Made by a program: the position numbers and the translations under genes | In this document: positions 31,100-49,406 of the stretch, in pieces | Layout of the letters: every line of letters begins with the position of its first letter | How positions within the stretch are numbered: the stretch's first letter is position 1 | Notes under the pieces: generated by a model | Seen by the model: the letters and a program-made list of their open reading frames with translations, nothing else | Database searches by the model: none | What the model was told of the DNA's origin: nothing | Assembly (NCBI GenBank): GCA_964016885.1 | Contig: OZ024746.1 | Location: 55,676,001-55,740,000 of the forward strand | Direction: 5' to 3' | Origin: Eledone cirrhosa | Taxonomy: Eukaryota | Length of the DNA: 64,000 nucleotides

Positions 31100-33335
31100 T
31101 TGTGTGAAGTGTTAAGGTGTTAGTTGATTTATTTAGTATTTAACAATGGCCTTTATTTATCTATTCATATATTTAATAATTGTCTATTACCGGTTTCAGC
31201 ATTTTTATGCATTATCAAATTATGGTGATATGTATTAGTGTGGTGTCGCACAAGTTAAAGAGAAGGAGCAGAAAGAATAATGTTATTTACAAACAAGGTC
31301 TATGAAGTGAAAAAAAAAACGAAAAAAAAAACGTACGTAATGTTGAGCATAAAAAGTGAATGTGAAAGAAAGAATCATGTTATTTACAGGCATAGTTCTT
31401 GAAGTTAAGCAGATCAAAATGTGTTAATATAGCAAGAGTGTTTAGTTGAACCATGATTCCATGATGGAGGCAAATGGTGGACTGAGGTTTGATATGATTT
31501 CCCTTTTTAGGGAGTTAATATTGCAGGGGGAAGCAATTCTTGTTGGATGATATTTAATTTATTTAAGAAAAGGGATTTGGTAGGGTGTGAGAGAGGTAAC
31601 TCTTGTAAATGTTTGATTGTTTGTTAGTTTGGTCCGATATTTAGTGCATTAAGTCGAGTTTGGAATTTGTTAATGAAATATGTTTCCTTATTGGTAGGAT
31701 AGATGAAAGTAGCGTTGTCTATGAATTTGTAAATATGGAAAATTTTAAAGTTTGGATGCTGGTTGTGTGCACAATTGTCTATATGTTCACTTAATGCAAT
31801 CTTTCTGTATTCCTGTATTTTAATTTGTGATTTATGGACGGTCATACGTTGACAGAGGCTGTTTTTTTGTCTGTCCTATGTAGTGCTCTTGACAACCTGA
31901 GTAGGTCAAAACATAGATTAGGTTTTCAGATGCACATGTAAAGTTGTGTTTAACTGTGAAATGTTGTCCGTGTTTAAAATGGAATGTCAATTAGATTTAT
32001 GCATATGCCACAGTTGGGCCTTCCACATTTTGTTACTGTAGGGTTCATGGTGAGGGTTTGTTGGATTTTGGCTTGTGTGAGGATGTTTTTCATGGACTTA
32101 GGCTGTCTTTTGCTCTTTATGATGTTGTGTGTTTGGAGGATGTTGTTCATTCTTGGGTCTCTTTTTAGTAAAGGAATGTTCTGGAGGATGGTGTCGAATG
32201 CCTCATTGTTGAGGGTGTTGTGTGTGGAGATGTATGGTAGAGTTTTTGTTGCGGTTCATTCCTGGGTTTGGGGTGTCTGAGTTCCTGGATGTCGAGTTTT
32301 AGGGCACGTTGGAATCCATTGTTGATTAGGGATGGTGGGTAGTTTCTGCTGATAAGTGTGTTTTTAATTCGTCTAGTTGTGTGTAGCATGTGTATTTATC
32401 TGAAACTATTGTGCAGATCCTTCTGGCTAGGTTATAAGGAATTGCCATTTTGGTATGTCTAGGGTGGCACGAATTGAATGGGATGTATTGTTTGGAGTCT
32501 GTGGGTTTGTAGTATATGTCTGTTTCCATTTTGTTGCTTGTTTTCTTGATGAGGATATCGAGGAAAAGGAGTTGTTCATGGTTGTAATCCATTGTGAATT
32601 GTAAGTTTATCAGTATATCTATACATTCATGCCTGCCAGAGGATGAAGCAGTCGTCCAGATATCTCTTCCAGTTCTTTTCTATGTGTTGGTAGAAGTGGT
32701 TGCCGTATTTGTCTAGAACTTTGCGGTAGAGAGTGCTTTCCAAATATCCCATGACAAGGTTGGCGTATGAGGGGGCTACCTTCGTGCCCATGGCAGTCCC
32801 AGATTTCTGTTTGTAGTATTTGGCATTGAATTCGAAGAAATTGTTTTCCAAGATGAATTTGAGTCCCACCAACACAAATTCTTTAGGTATGCACCGTGTG
32901 AGTTCCCTAGGGAAAATTTCAAGCCAGAATTGTATGGCCTCTATACCTAGGTTGTGTGGCATATTGGAATATAAATTGATGACATAAAAGGTTACTAGTA
33001 GGGTATGTTCATTATTGAGTATTGTTGGGAGGTGTTTGATCATGTCAAGGTCGTCCCTTATGAAGCATTTTATGTTTTTAGGAAAGGTTTAAGCAGAATA
33101 TCTAGGAATGTGCTTAGGCGGTGGGTCTCACACGTGGTGCCTGCTATTATGGGTCTTAATTTAAGGTCATCAGGAGGGGCTATATTGATGTAAACGTCTG
33201 GGGCTTACTTGCAGACCCTACCTATTACTTCGCTTTTGTATGTCTTTGGGATACCGTAAAAGAGGCTGGTTCTGCTTTTGAAATTGGTGATGTAGTTGTA
33301 TTCCTTGTCTGTAAGGCCTTTATGGGTGAGGGTGC
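31100..33335 (-). mobile_element. 5'-truncated, frameshifted Neptune-type Penelope-like retroelement (RT plus GIY-YIG)
   Basis: FYGIPKTYK, LRPIIAG, YKQKSGTAMGTKVAPSYANL, WKRYLDDCF, FLDILI, TDIYYKPTD..SCHP, Cys linker KCGRPNCGIC, FTCASENLIYVLTYSGCQEHYIGQT. Confidence 0.95.
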
Positions 33336-33504
33336 TTATATATGTATGTATAATTGACGGATTAGTGAAAATGTGCCCAATGCCTTAGTAGAGATTATAA
33401 TGTTCATTTAATGGCTAAGTGGTGGGCCTTTTTTACTCTGGCTTTTCCCCTCTGCATGCACAGATTAATCAGACGATATAATGCACATGTATGCAAACAC
33501 ACAC

Positions 33505-33594
<90 letters not shown>

Positions 33595-33906
33595 ATATAT
33601 GCATACTTGTGTCTTATATTCATATTCGTTTCAATTGCAATCGCAGATAGCAGGCCAGGTTAGTTTCATTTAAAATTGTTGACTTGTGTGTATATGTGAG
33701 TTGCAATATGTGTATATATGCAACTCTATGTGAACTATCATCACTGTTATCTCCTTCCTAATTGTTGACTATAGTGCAGTCATATCTACGTAGCAATAAA
33801 TAATTTAATTGTGCTATTTATATCTCCACATTTCTCTCTTTTCCACATGACTCTCTACCACACGCATTCTCTATATGTATATTGGTTCATATCTATCTTT
33901 CTATAT

Positions 33907-33907
33907 G

Positions 33908-33997
<90 letters not shown>

Positions 33998-34030
33998 ATT
34001 CTATTTATCTATCTATCTATCTATCTATCT
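33907..34030. repeat. (TCTA)n microsatellite
   Basis: Directly visible. Confidence 0.95.
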
Positions 34031-34707
34031 GCCTATATATAAATATATATATGGAATCTCCAACATCTGCTCTCACACTCCGTGGAAATACCTTAGGAAC
34101 ATACACACCAACAAACACTTACATTATTTTTGAACCACGCAACCATACATCCACACCACATATAAACAAACACACACGTGCGTATCCTCAAATACACACA
34201 CTCAGCCTCCAAACTCCACAAGCCCCCTCTCCACCACTCCTCCGACCCCTCTCCATCCGCACGCACACACCCACACCGACTTACACCCCATCCATTGTAC
34301 ACACCTGTTTCCCTTTTACCTGAACATGGTACCTCGTTCTTCCCCCAAATCTCACACTCACATACACACACGTAAACCTAAACACATACACATACACCAC
34401 CATCAGCCCTCCGAGCTCGGACCCCACGCCTCCCTCTCCCCTCTCCAGCCCCTCCACCCACCACCACCCCTACACGCATCACACCCTTTCACCACTTGTT
34501 TCTTTTTATTTAAAAAAAAATTGTTTACTCTCTAAAAAAAATGTTTTACCTCCTTTTTCTTCCCCCACCTTCTTTATCTTTTTTTAAATGTCTTTCCACC
34601 ATTCACCCCCCCCCCCTTGGAACTCTCTTCCTATCCACTTTTCTCCTGATGAACGGCTTATGCCCAAAACATCGTCCCTCACCCACACTCTCAAACGTGA
34701 GACTAAT

Positions 34708-34893
34708 AATTGTTTCTACTTTAGGCACAAGGCCATCAATACCCCAGTGCATTACTGGTACTTTATTTTATCGACCCCGTAAGGATGAAAAGCAAAGTCA
34801 ACCTCGGCGGGATTTGAACTCAGATCGTAAAGGGACGAAACTATGCTGGAAAGCAAGGCGTCCCACCCTCTACCCATACTGCCAATCCACCGC
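34708..34893 (-). mobile_element. Full-length family S SINE
   Basis: Complete unit; decayed TSD cgtg-g-ctaataat on both sides. Confidence 0.92.
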
Positions 34894-35006
34894 CCAGCGT
34901 GGGGCTAATAATAATAGCATTTGTAAAGCCTCTTCGTTTTACTGTTTTTTGTTCTGTTTACTTATATATATATAATAATATATATATAAAAATATATATA
35001 TATATA

Positions 35007-35755
<749 letters not shown>

Positions 35756-35861
35756 TTGACCGGGTCATTCATCTGTTTGCCTTAGAATGAAATGGGCTTT
35801 TAACAGGAAAAACGTTTTTTTAACAGGAAAATGTTTTTTTGAAATATTCACTTCTGCGTTC

Positions 35862-35937
35862 ATAGATTGACTTTGTTAGTTTCAGAAGATACCGTTAAGG
35901 GTGAAAGCAGCGATTCTTTGCTTAAACTTCAATCTGT
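35862..35937 (+). ncRNA. Variant-core hammerhead-like motif (family E)
   Basis: Same motif as 30489, here with the extended stem I arm (agattga / tcaatct). Confidence 0.55.
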
Positions 35938-35939
35938 TA

Positions 35940-35991
<52 letters not shown>

Positions 35992-35994
<3 letters not shown>

Positions 35995-36725
35995 TTCTAC
36001 GGTTAGCTATCCTCTTTGTTGTTATCTTGTTTCACTCGCTTTACGCGTTTTAATCGTCCTAATAACTTAATTTAGTTATTATTGCACCGACGTGAGGTAT
36101 ATGATTTTTAATGCAATGAAATATCTATGATCATCGGCAAATCACTGATGAGGGACTTATTTTATTACATGTTATCCATGTGCAACCAGCAGTATTCTTC
36201 TCCCCATTTTTTCACATATATTTACCTAAACTGCGATTCTGTTTTTTTTCTCTCTTTCTCTCTTACTGCTCCCTCGCTCTCTCTGTTTCTCCTACTTTCT
36301 TTCGCCCGCTCTGTCATGTCAGTTAACTCTTCCTCACACTTCCACTCACTCACTGTTTCTCCTCTTCTCACTTCATCCCGTTCGCGACGAAATCATTTTC
36401 TCTCTTCTCACATTTGAATTCGCTCCTGAAAGGTCTTTTTTCTAAGCGCTCATATATTCACCTAGCTTATGCTAACAGAATGACTATGAAGCTTGTTCCC
36501 TTCCTTCTACGATTAGCTATCCTCTTTGTTGTTATCTTGTTTCACTCGCTTTACGCGTTTTAATTGTCCTAATAACTTAATTTAGTTATTATTGCAGCGA
36601 CCTGAGGTATATGATTTTTAATGCAATGAAATATCTATGATCGTCGGCAAATCACTGATGAGGGACTTATTTTATTACATGTTACCCATGTGCAACCAGC
36701 AGTATTCTTCTCCCCATTTTTTCAC

Positions 36726-36731
<6 letters not shown>
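35992..36731. mobile_element. Non-coding partial-tandem element (510-bp period, ~230-bp direct repeats) inserted in (TA)n
   Basis: 35992-36221 is nearly identical to 36502-36731. Confidence 0.85.
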
Positions 36732-36758
<27 letters not shown>

Positions 36759-37099
36759 CATGTATATGTACATATATATATATATATTTTAGTTCTCGTG
36801 CTCGCAAGTGTTGGATATGGATATGGATACGGCTACTACATGCAATCCTTCGTCGGACTATATATGTGCTCCTTTGTAAAGAACGGTAACCTATTAGGTG
36901 GGATGTAACAATGAATGAGCACGTTACTTCTCAATAACCTTTCACAAGCCACGGAATTAGTTGAAACGATTTGCGTAAAAGCCGCCTCTATAAAATCGTA
37001 CACATAAGTCTGAGTAATTATCACATTCATATACGGCGTCAATATGACATCCCCAAAACTGCAGAATAGTCAAATGCCCTAAATCAATCATACCGCATC

Positions 37100-37430
37100 C
37101 TCTCTGCATATATATATTCCCAAAAGGCAAAGGAGCTCGTAAGAGTCAATGGCCATCCAAAATCACCGGGAGCGATGACCCCTTAGTCTTTGTCAAGGCA
37201 GAATTCTAGGAGAAGGAAAACTCTGATATAACACCTGCAAACCTGATGGTATCCAATGATGTTGACTTGTTCTTCTTTTTAGTAAATATCATCTTGGTTA
37301 AGAGAGTAGGACTGGCTTTGTGCAGTGCCTTTGCTCACTATAAAAGCTTCACGGCACAGGCATTGCTTTATATCTGGAGATCTCTCTGCACTGGTCGTCA
37401 CATGGTACCATGGGCCCAGCACTATGTGTC
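37100..37430 (+). repeat. Dispersed repeat resembling an RTE 5' UTR; related copy at ~40290-40760
   Basis: Shared agagtcaa-gg-catccaaa and ggaaaactctgata..acctgc..gtatcc-atg-tgttgac. Confidence 0.55.
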
Positions 37431-37571
37431 AATAAATGTCATAAGTGTAGTGTTTGTACCAGAGTTTTCAAGTCGCTAGCTGGACTAAAAATTCACACTC
37501 GTTCAGTGCATCGGTAGGGGTTCTACATGGATATAAAGTAGTGGCCGTACTCGAAAACGAGTTGGCAGCCA

Positions 37572-37607
<36 letters not shown>

Positions 37608-39157
37608 CCTGCGCACTTCGTTGAGCGCTCCACCCTGCATACTGAAGTGTCGTAAACAACCAACACATACTCAAAAGTATATATATATATATATATATAT
37701 ATACAGAGATGTGTGTATGTGCGTTTGTCCGTGAGTTCGTGTGTATTCGTTGAAAAGATACGTTCTACGTACATGCGTACGTAATACATGCGTACGTAAT
37801 GCACGAATACTTGATGGTCGCCATGGATACGCAATTGGTCATTGAACGGTTCGATCAAGGTGAACTTCGTTTTAACAGCCAAAGGGAAATGCGAGTCAAA
37901 ATGAAAACGAATTAATATCGTTGATAGGAAGAAAGTTAATATGTTGTTGCTACAATGGTAGATAAGAATAAGGTAAAATACCACAAAACAAAAAACAAAT
38001 GGAGTCGATGGAAACTTTCGGTGTGGAAGGTGGAATTGCATTTTAGACACATCTAGCTATTTATTAATTACAAAATGTTATCATCAAATTTATGTGTTTA
38101 CGAGTAAAGATCAAATTAACATTAGTATCATCTATCAAATAGTTTTCAATTTGGACGTCTGCAGCCAAATAAATAATAACTTTTATATTCATGTTTATTT
38201 TTATATCAGTCTTTGTTTCTTCAATAAGTAGCTAAGAAATAAAGCTAGTGATATTTTAGGTTTGGGTTTTCAAATATACATATTCCAGCAGACCTTGTTG
38301 TAGACCAATACCTGATTATCTGGTTTTTCGGACTTGATAATGAGTAACTGACTCCTATTGTGAAGTCGAAAACACTCTATTTACCCTCAACTACAATAGT
38401 ATGACGGGGTACACGTTTAACATTTTATATCTAACGTCAAACGTTAGCCACTTATTGCGAATTACGTTATTTCGCGAATGGGAAATCATTAAATATGCAT
38501 AGACATAATTACAACCGATAATCAGTAGCCGAAAGATCCACTGTTGTAACTCTACTTTTCATTTGTATTTTAAATACAAAATCGGTTTGAGGAATGATAG
38601 TAATGTTCATGATACTTCTGACGTTCAGGACTGGAGCAATATCAGGAAGATGTTCTCACACCACAGATTTTGAAGGAAGGGTTCCAGCACTGGGAATTCC
38701 AATGAAAAAAAAAACAAGGATTAGGTGTTATTGTTTAAAGAGAATGACTGTCGAAGCCTACCATCGAACAAACCTTCGTCTCTTATCACGGAATAAAACC
38801 TGAAATAAGTGGGGAAAACTCATGATATACAGTAGTACTTTCATCCTATCAAACTGAGTGAACACAGTATAGGCTTTTGGTTAAGAATTTCGCTTCTCGG
38901 TCATGCGTTTCAGCTTTCGATCCTGTCAGGTGGAATCTTTGGCAAATGTTATTTATCATAATCTCAGGTCATAACAAGGCCTATGACTGGAGAGAGAGAA
39001 ACATTTTGGAAGCTTATCGGATGAGTTACAACTCTAATTCAAAGTCTTAGCCTTGTCACTGACTCTATCCCAGAGAATCTGCATGAGAATTATATTAAGT
39101 GTAGTCGTGCGTATGATGCCATTTTCATCTTCATTACACTAAACTATAGCTGACGCC

Positions 39158-39500
39158 TTAACCAGTTGACTGCGTATATTTTACACAGCTACAGTTGCTT
39201 GCCGTTTTTCAGTCAAATTACTATATTTTTTAAACAAACATTTATTAACAACACATATCTGAACGATTGACAAACGTCAGACTGAGAAACTAGTAACCCC
39301 ATCTAACTTTGAAGTTATTAACTGTTGGTAACGAGTTCATAACTTTAAAGTTACAAACTGTTGGAAACGAGTTCATAACATTCAAGTTATGAACTGTTGG
39401 AAAAGAGTTGAAACATGTTAGGACGAGTTATCTCGTCCGTGGCACTGGGATACATACATGTTAGGATGAGTTATCTCATCTACGGCACTAAAGAGGTTAA
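39158..39500. mobile_element. Putative piggyBac-like MITE with internal ~36-bp x3 and ~43-bp x2 repeats
   Basis: TTAA|CC ... GG|TTAA ends; short imperfect terminal inverted repeats (8 of 12 match). Confidence 0.5.
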
Positions 39501-40169
39501 TAATATTCGTTTTTTATATCATAGTATTACAAATTAGGTAGCTTGTCAAAGTTTCGAGGCGCTAAAATCAAAGTTATACCGATATAAGATTTAAACTTTA
39601 TCTTGGGGAACTCAAAATATACAGAACATTATATGTCCTATCACCCCAACGAGTACACTAAAGCAGACAGTTTAGCAATAATCAATTTTATCTTGTAGCA
39701 ATTTTCAGAGTAATGAACTACAATTTCACTATCGATTCTTGGTGGTTTTGGATGAATATATTTCTGTTAAAAATATAACTTAATTGATAACTATTAGTAA
39801 TGAGATATCTGGAACCAATTATGCATCGCTAATTATGTTTATATTTGGACTGCTAATATAAACTGTGATATATTATAAAGTCTAGCTAGCACCATCTCGA
39901 ACATTCCAGCCCATTCACAAGTTTTAATAAATGCCATATAATGTCATGAATTATATTATTCTTTTTCTGTTAGTATTTGACTGGTTTCACCTATTAGGCT
40001 GTGGTCATGCTATGACACCTCATTAAAGCTATTTACCCCCACCATATCGACCGCAGTATTTACCGTTTCATGTCTCGTGTTCATTTTATATATCTATGTT
40101 AGTCGCAACACTAGCACAAGGCACAATATAAACACAGATATGTACTTTCACATACACACACGCAAACAC

Positions 40170-40200
<31 letters not shown>

Positions 40201-40243
40201 TGTATGTATGTATGTATGTATGTATGCATGCATGTATGCATGC

Positions 40244-40289
<46 letters not shown>

Positions 40290-40290
<1 letters not shown>

Positions 40291-40760
40291 TGTGTCAAGT
40301 CGCTCTCGAGTGCTACAGGTAACATGTAACACTACAACCTGTCTTATGGTCGGGTCGCCAGCGACTAAACTGGCAACCCCACCAAGATTGCTTTGTGCCG
40401 GGGGTGATATTTGGACACCCTGCGGAATGAAACACAAGAACCGGCAAAGGGCGGGGGGACTCAGCAGAGTCAACGGTCATCCAAATAGCACTTTTTTCCG
40501 TTTTCACTTGGGAGTGAAAGGCATCCAGTTGTCACAAAACATTTCTAAGAGAGGGAAACTCTGATAAAAACCTGCGGCTTCGGAAGTATCCGATGTTGTT
40601 GACCATTTCTTCTTTTCGGGTAGCTTTTTCGATGCTCAGATAGTGAGAATGGTCGAGTGCAAGGCCTTTCCCCACTTAAAGAAACCTTCAAAGCGCAGGT
40701 ATTGCTTGTTCAGGATATGTTACAGGTTTGTGTGGCTGGCCGTAGTCTAAAGGTGCACCA
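40290..40760 (+). repeat. RTE 5'-UTR-like dispersed repeat
   Basis: Homologous to 37100-37430; GC-rich 5' hairpins. Confidence 0.55.
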
Positions 40761-41779
40761 TTTTCTGTAATCAGACAAGCGATTCCAATCCTCTTAGCAT
40801 AATTTGCAGCCATCATATATATATATATTTACAACCACCCACATACACACACAAATATATATATATATATACATATAAACTTATCCCTGTATATATACAC
40901 ACAGTGAGTAACCGAGACTGTGGCAATGTGACTATAAATATACACATTTTAAATAATGGACACAAATATGAATTCAAAAAATGATAAACTTCTTTAATTG
41001 ATTTTCGGAGTAAGCTGTCTTCATCAGCATGTGTATAGCATCGACACAAACAAAAGGAAACACGTATTTGATAGTCATATACACCCATTTGTATTATAGT
41101 ATTATTGTACGCCCTAATATGTATATAGTTAGTGGTTTTTCAGGATATATATATTAAGAAGTAAGTGTATATAATTAGCGCTTATAGTTTATTAAGATGT
41201 CATTTATGCATATTCTGAGTGGGTAACCCAGACTCCGGAATTTCTATCACAAGCCATTGACAAACAGTAAGCTATAACATAACATTCTGGCAGAAGTTAC
41301 AGTTGAAATACATTTGGTTGCTTATTATATCAGGTCTCCTGCCACAATGTCATATTCCTCCCTCAGTTACTCTTTATGTGAGGTAAAATAAAGTGTTTAT
41401 TCAAATATAAGCAGTTTTTTTTTCCTTCCGCAAAGTACACGAAGAGTTAAAGAATATGAGTGTTCAGGCAGACACAAGATAAACCTGAAATAAAACGATC
41501 AAAGAATACTACAATTCTTTGTTTGATATCATGTATTCCAATATTGCATCCACTAGGCAATTCCATCATGCATTTGGACGATACAAACCTTTATATTCAA
41601 TATAAATCACATTCGATACAATCATATTCTGTATAGATCTTCATATTCCATAAAAAAGATATTCCATAACCAACGTATCTCAATTGAAACTTAACGTTTC
41701 GTTCACAAAGGAGACAAATAGAATTTAGCTTCTATATCTTACATCACTCAGAAATATATCATTTGATTATATTCCCGTT

Positions 41780-45082
<3,303 letters not shown>

Positions 45083-45111
45083 ATAATAATAATAGTAATA
45101 ATAATAATAAT

Positions 45112-45184
45112 AATTGTTTCTACATTAAGCACAAGGCCAGTAATTACCCTGTGCATTACTGGTACTTTATGTTATCGACCCCGT
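45112..45184 (-). mobile_element. Family S SINE 3' fragment in an (AAT)n tract
   Basis: Matches the unit 3' end; AAT repeats on both sides. Confidence 0.85.
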
Positions 45185-45290
45185 AATAATAATAATAGTA
45201 ATAATAATAAATTTGAAGACTAAAGAGGGCTCGATAAGGATAAATATATATCAATATATAAGAACCGTAGAGCAAATATTTATTAAAATA

Positions 45291-45366
45291 ACAGATTAAA
45301 GTTTAAGCAAAGAATCGCTGCTTTCACCCTTAACGGGATCTTCTGAAACTAACAATGTCAATCTGT
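45291..45366 (-). ncRNA. Variant-core hammerhead-like motif (family E), most complete context (element ~45210-45760)
   Basis: acagattg-acattgtt-agttt-CAGAAGA-tcccgttaagggt-GAAA-gca..tgc-TT-aaact-t-taatctgt. Confidence 0.6.
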
Positions 45367-45950
45367 AAACGCAGAAGTGAATATTTCAAAAAACGTTGCA
45401 ACCGGAGGAAGACAAGGAGACGATACTTTGGTACGTGGAAACGTTCCCTGGCAAAGAACCGGAAAAAACGAATATAATACGTCATTAATAGGCGCGGTGA
45501 AAAACAATTACCCGCAAAGACAGAACCACCTTTATAAAAGAAGTCGTAGACTAATGTCCTCTTAGGTGGTGCATAGAGACGTTGTCTGGCAATGAACGGA
45601 AGAAACGAAGATAATACGTCATATGTGAAGCGTGGACAACAATTGCACGCAAAGACAAAACCACGTAAATGGAATAGCTGAAATCGTAGACAAAAATTCT
45701 AACTAGGCAACCGAATGTATCTCCACTTCAGAGTTAAGAATAAAGTAAATAAAATACAATACAGAAGTAATAGAAATTAAATAAATACATACACGCATGC
45801 AAATACGTACATACACAAGCATACGCGAAAACACTTGAAATAGGTATACAAAACCACGCACATATAAATATGTGTGTGTGTGTGCGTGTATACAAATAAA
45901 TAAATAATTAAATAAAGAAGATAATAATTAAATAAAGAAGAACAAGTCAA

Positions 45951-46003
<53 letters not shown>

Positions 46004-46104
46004 CACACATATATACATATATATATACACATATATATATACATATATATATACACATATATATATACACATATATACATACATATATATATACACATAT
46101 ATAC

Positions 46105-46169
<65 letters not shown>

Positions 46170-46461
46170 TAAGAGAGTATTGAAGTTTGCTTGAAGCATT
46201 GTGGAATAATAAGTAAATATCTTTAAGTCGTTTGGAAGCCTCGACAATGCAAATGGGTAAATCTCCGGGTAACAAGATCCGACAGACAATCTTTCCCCCA
46301 CCCCGGAAAAAAAACCCAGTTGATGGATGTAAATCCGAAATATATAGGGACTATTAAATCTCTCCCAAGGTAACTCTCTCTTGTGTTGTTATTTTTATTT
46401 TATCCTTTATACTCTTCCCTTCATTCTTCTACACATATTACACATCTTATACACACCACGC

Positions 46462-46738
46462 ATCTGTTTTTATATTAAGAAAGTGGCTCCAGCGCTACCT
46501 GGTGTTGCAAAAATTCTTGTGGTCTAAACAATTTTGATTGGTCGGTAGAGGTCATGTGAATGTAAAAAATTGATTTTGCGCCAAGACTGAGAAATGACTC
46601 TTTCACAACAATATGTGTGTGTGTGTGCGTGTGTGTGTGTGTGTGTAGTAGTAGTAAAGTGTTCGATGTTGTGATAATGGTTAGCAGGGATGTGTGTGCG
46701 GACAGCAGCCTGTTGACAGTTCAAATGGCTATTAAGAT

Positions 46739-46837
<99 letters not shown>

Positions 46838-47022
46838 GCAGAGTAATTCGTGGAGCGGGATGGTCAGTAGGAATGTGTCTGTAAGGAGTGGGGGGTATTT
46901 TAACATGTCAAAAGATATTTTTCAGCTTTTGTCTTATACGGAGGAGTGTGTGTGTGTGTGTGTGTGTATAAGTCTCTTTGTATGTTAATGTACGCGTGTG
47001 TATGTGTGTGTGTGTGTGTGTG

Positions 47023-47056
<34 letters not shown>

Positions 47057-47070
47057 AATGTGTGTGTGTG

Positions 47071-47124
<54 letters not shown>

Positions 47125-47486
47125 CACATATACACGGTGCAATAACATATACTAGAAAGGTTTGAAATAAAACCCCAGAATGGATCACAGGAAATAAATA
47201 AAATACATATTCTGCCCACGGAATACTCAAATTGAATACACACAGAGAGTAATTACACAAACTCCCAGTATACAGATGCACTAGACACGAACACATAATA
47301 TACACACTGAAATAGTAAATCTGTCTAGATCTAAAACTACAAATGTTTCGAAGGTGCTAACTCATCAATGTTTAAATATGCACGTTTGTGCGAAATTTCA
47401 GTACTCAAATTGTGTATCAAACAGCTTTTCACTTCAATCTCCGTCCATTTAGTTGTGCTTTTATCATCATTATGATATAAAGCTTA

Positions 47487-47561
<75 letters not shown>

Positions 47562-48076
47562 ATCTGTGTGTGCGTGTGTGCATGTGTGTGCGTATGTGTA
47601 CAGAGATACGGACGCACAGAGAGAAATGCAAATTCGATAGATTTAATTTCTCTTAAGATCTCATAGAATAATTCACTTATAACCTCAGTTTAATAGCTTA
47701 TAATATAGGTTGAAATGTTGCGTTGTTTCGCCATGGAAACTACACCCATGGTTTCAGGTTTGGTCCCACCCTGTACCAAAGTGGGTTTGGTAATTAGATA
47801 TTACTAATGATATAGGAGTGAAATTCTTCTCGGTAACTAAAACCGAGAAATGAGCAATTCGGTTACACGTAAAATACGGAATGCGTCAAAAGAGGCGCTC
47901 TATTTGTTTCTTTTATTATGGGTGAAAATAGATTGTTTGTTTGCCAATTGTATTAGTCTACAAGAAGGTAAAAAGCAATGACTACCCAGAATCTGGGGGT
48001 GTTTCTTTGCGTCTATCTGTCTTTCTATATACCCCTCCCTCTAGCTCGTCCTCTCTTTCGATTATTTCTCTCTCTT

Positions 48077-48161
<85 letters not shown>

Positions 48162-48360
48162 TTGTTTTCAAAGACTTATTTTTCAGTGACTCCTCAATCA
48201 GCCGACACAAACCTACATTTGGCGCAAAATCAATTTTTAACATTCACATGAGCTCTACCGTCCAATCAAAATTGTTTGGACCACAATAAATTTTGCAACA
48301 CGAATTGGCTCGAAACTTATTTTAATACATCTGGAGCCACTTTTTTCACATAAAACAGGT
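46462..48360. repeat. Inverted pair of ~120-bp diverged repeats (46462-46585 and 48219-48360)
   Basis: aaagtggctccag/ctggagccacttt; aaacaattttgattgg/ccaatcaaaattgttt; ttgattttgcgccaa/ttggcgcaaaatcaa. Confidence 0.8.
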
Positions 48361-48546
48361 AGAATTTCCAAAACTAATCAGATTAGAGCAAACATCACGG
48401 GCGCTCTATCTCAAAATTATTTTTGAAAAGCATTAGAATGCGCAACCGGTAAAACTTAAAACCAAAACTGAATACTATCCAAAACTATTACTAATTAAAC
48501 TATTTTTTCACTGGGAACAATTTGTCAGCACTTTCTTTTCCGTTTA

Positions 48547-48701
<155 letters not shown>

Positions 48702-49041
48702 GAAAAGTTTCCGAACCCCGAAGGCTCAGCTCAGATCATTTCGGCAGCTAGATCCGACGAATTAAGCCACCAGTATGGATGGCTTTGTTCGGATTTAGCT
48801 GTCACAACCACTGGAGCTCAGCCCTCGTCTTCTGAATCTTTTCATATTACCCACTCTACTACCCCAAGTAATGAATACTCTGGTGCGTTCTGGTCCACGT
48901 GGTATCTTACCACACCCTCTTTGGATTTTAAATTTATTATTATTACTATATATATATATATATATGTATGTATATATACACACACATACACACACATACA
49001 TATACACATATATACACACACATACACACCCATACACAAAT

Positions 49042-49079
<38 letters not shown>

Positions 49080-49083
49080 ACAC

Positions 49084-49114
<31 letters not shown>

Positions 49115-49395
49115 GAATAGAATGAAACGAAATCTCATTTCTCACTCTTAGAACGGCACTTACTTAAATGTAAGTATGTATATATACGTAGATACATATA
49201 TGTATACAGACGTACAGTAGTATGTATATATATACATACATGCAAACATATATATATATATACACGTTAAATGTTCGGTAAACCAATACGTGCATATATA
49301 TATATGTGTGCATGTATGTATATATATATACATACTAGTGTCCGTCTGTATACATATATGTATGTACGTATACATACATACATACTTACATTTAT
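49115..49395. mobile_element. Fold-back fragment of a family B element
   Basis: aatgaaacgaaat-tcatttctcactcttag matches 24492; followed by an inverted copy of the same region. Confidence 0.8.
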
Positions 49396-49406
49396 ATGTA
49401 TATATA

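Noticed and set aside
39303-39410. ~36-bp periodic repeat as a CRISPR array
   Set aside because: Contiguous degenerate tandem units inside a putative MITE
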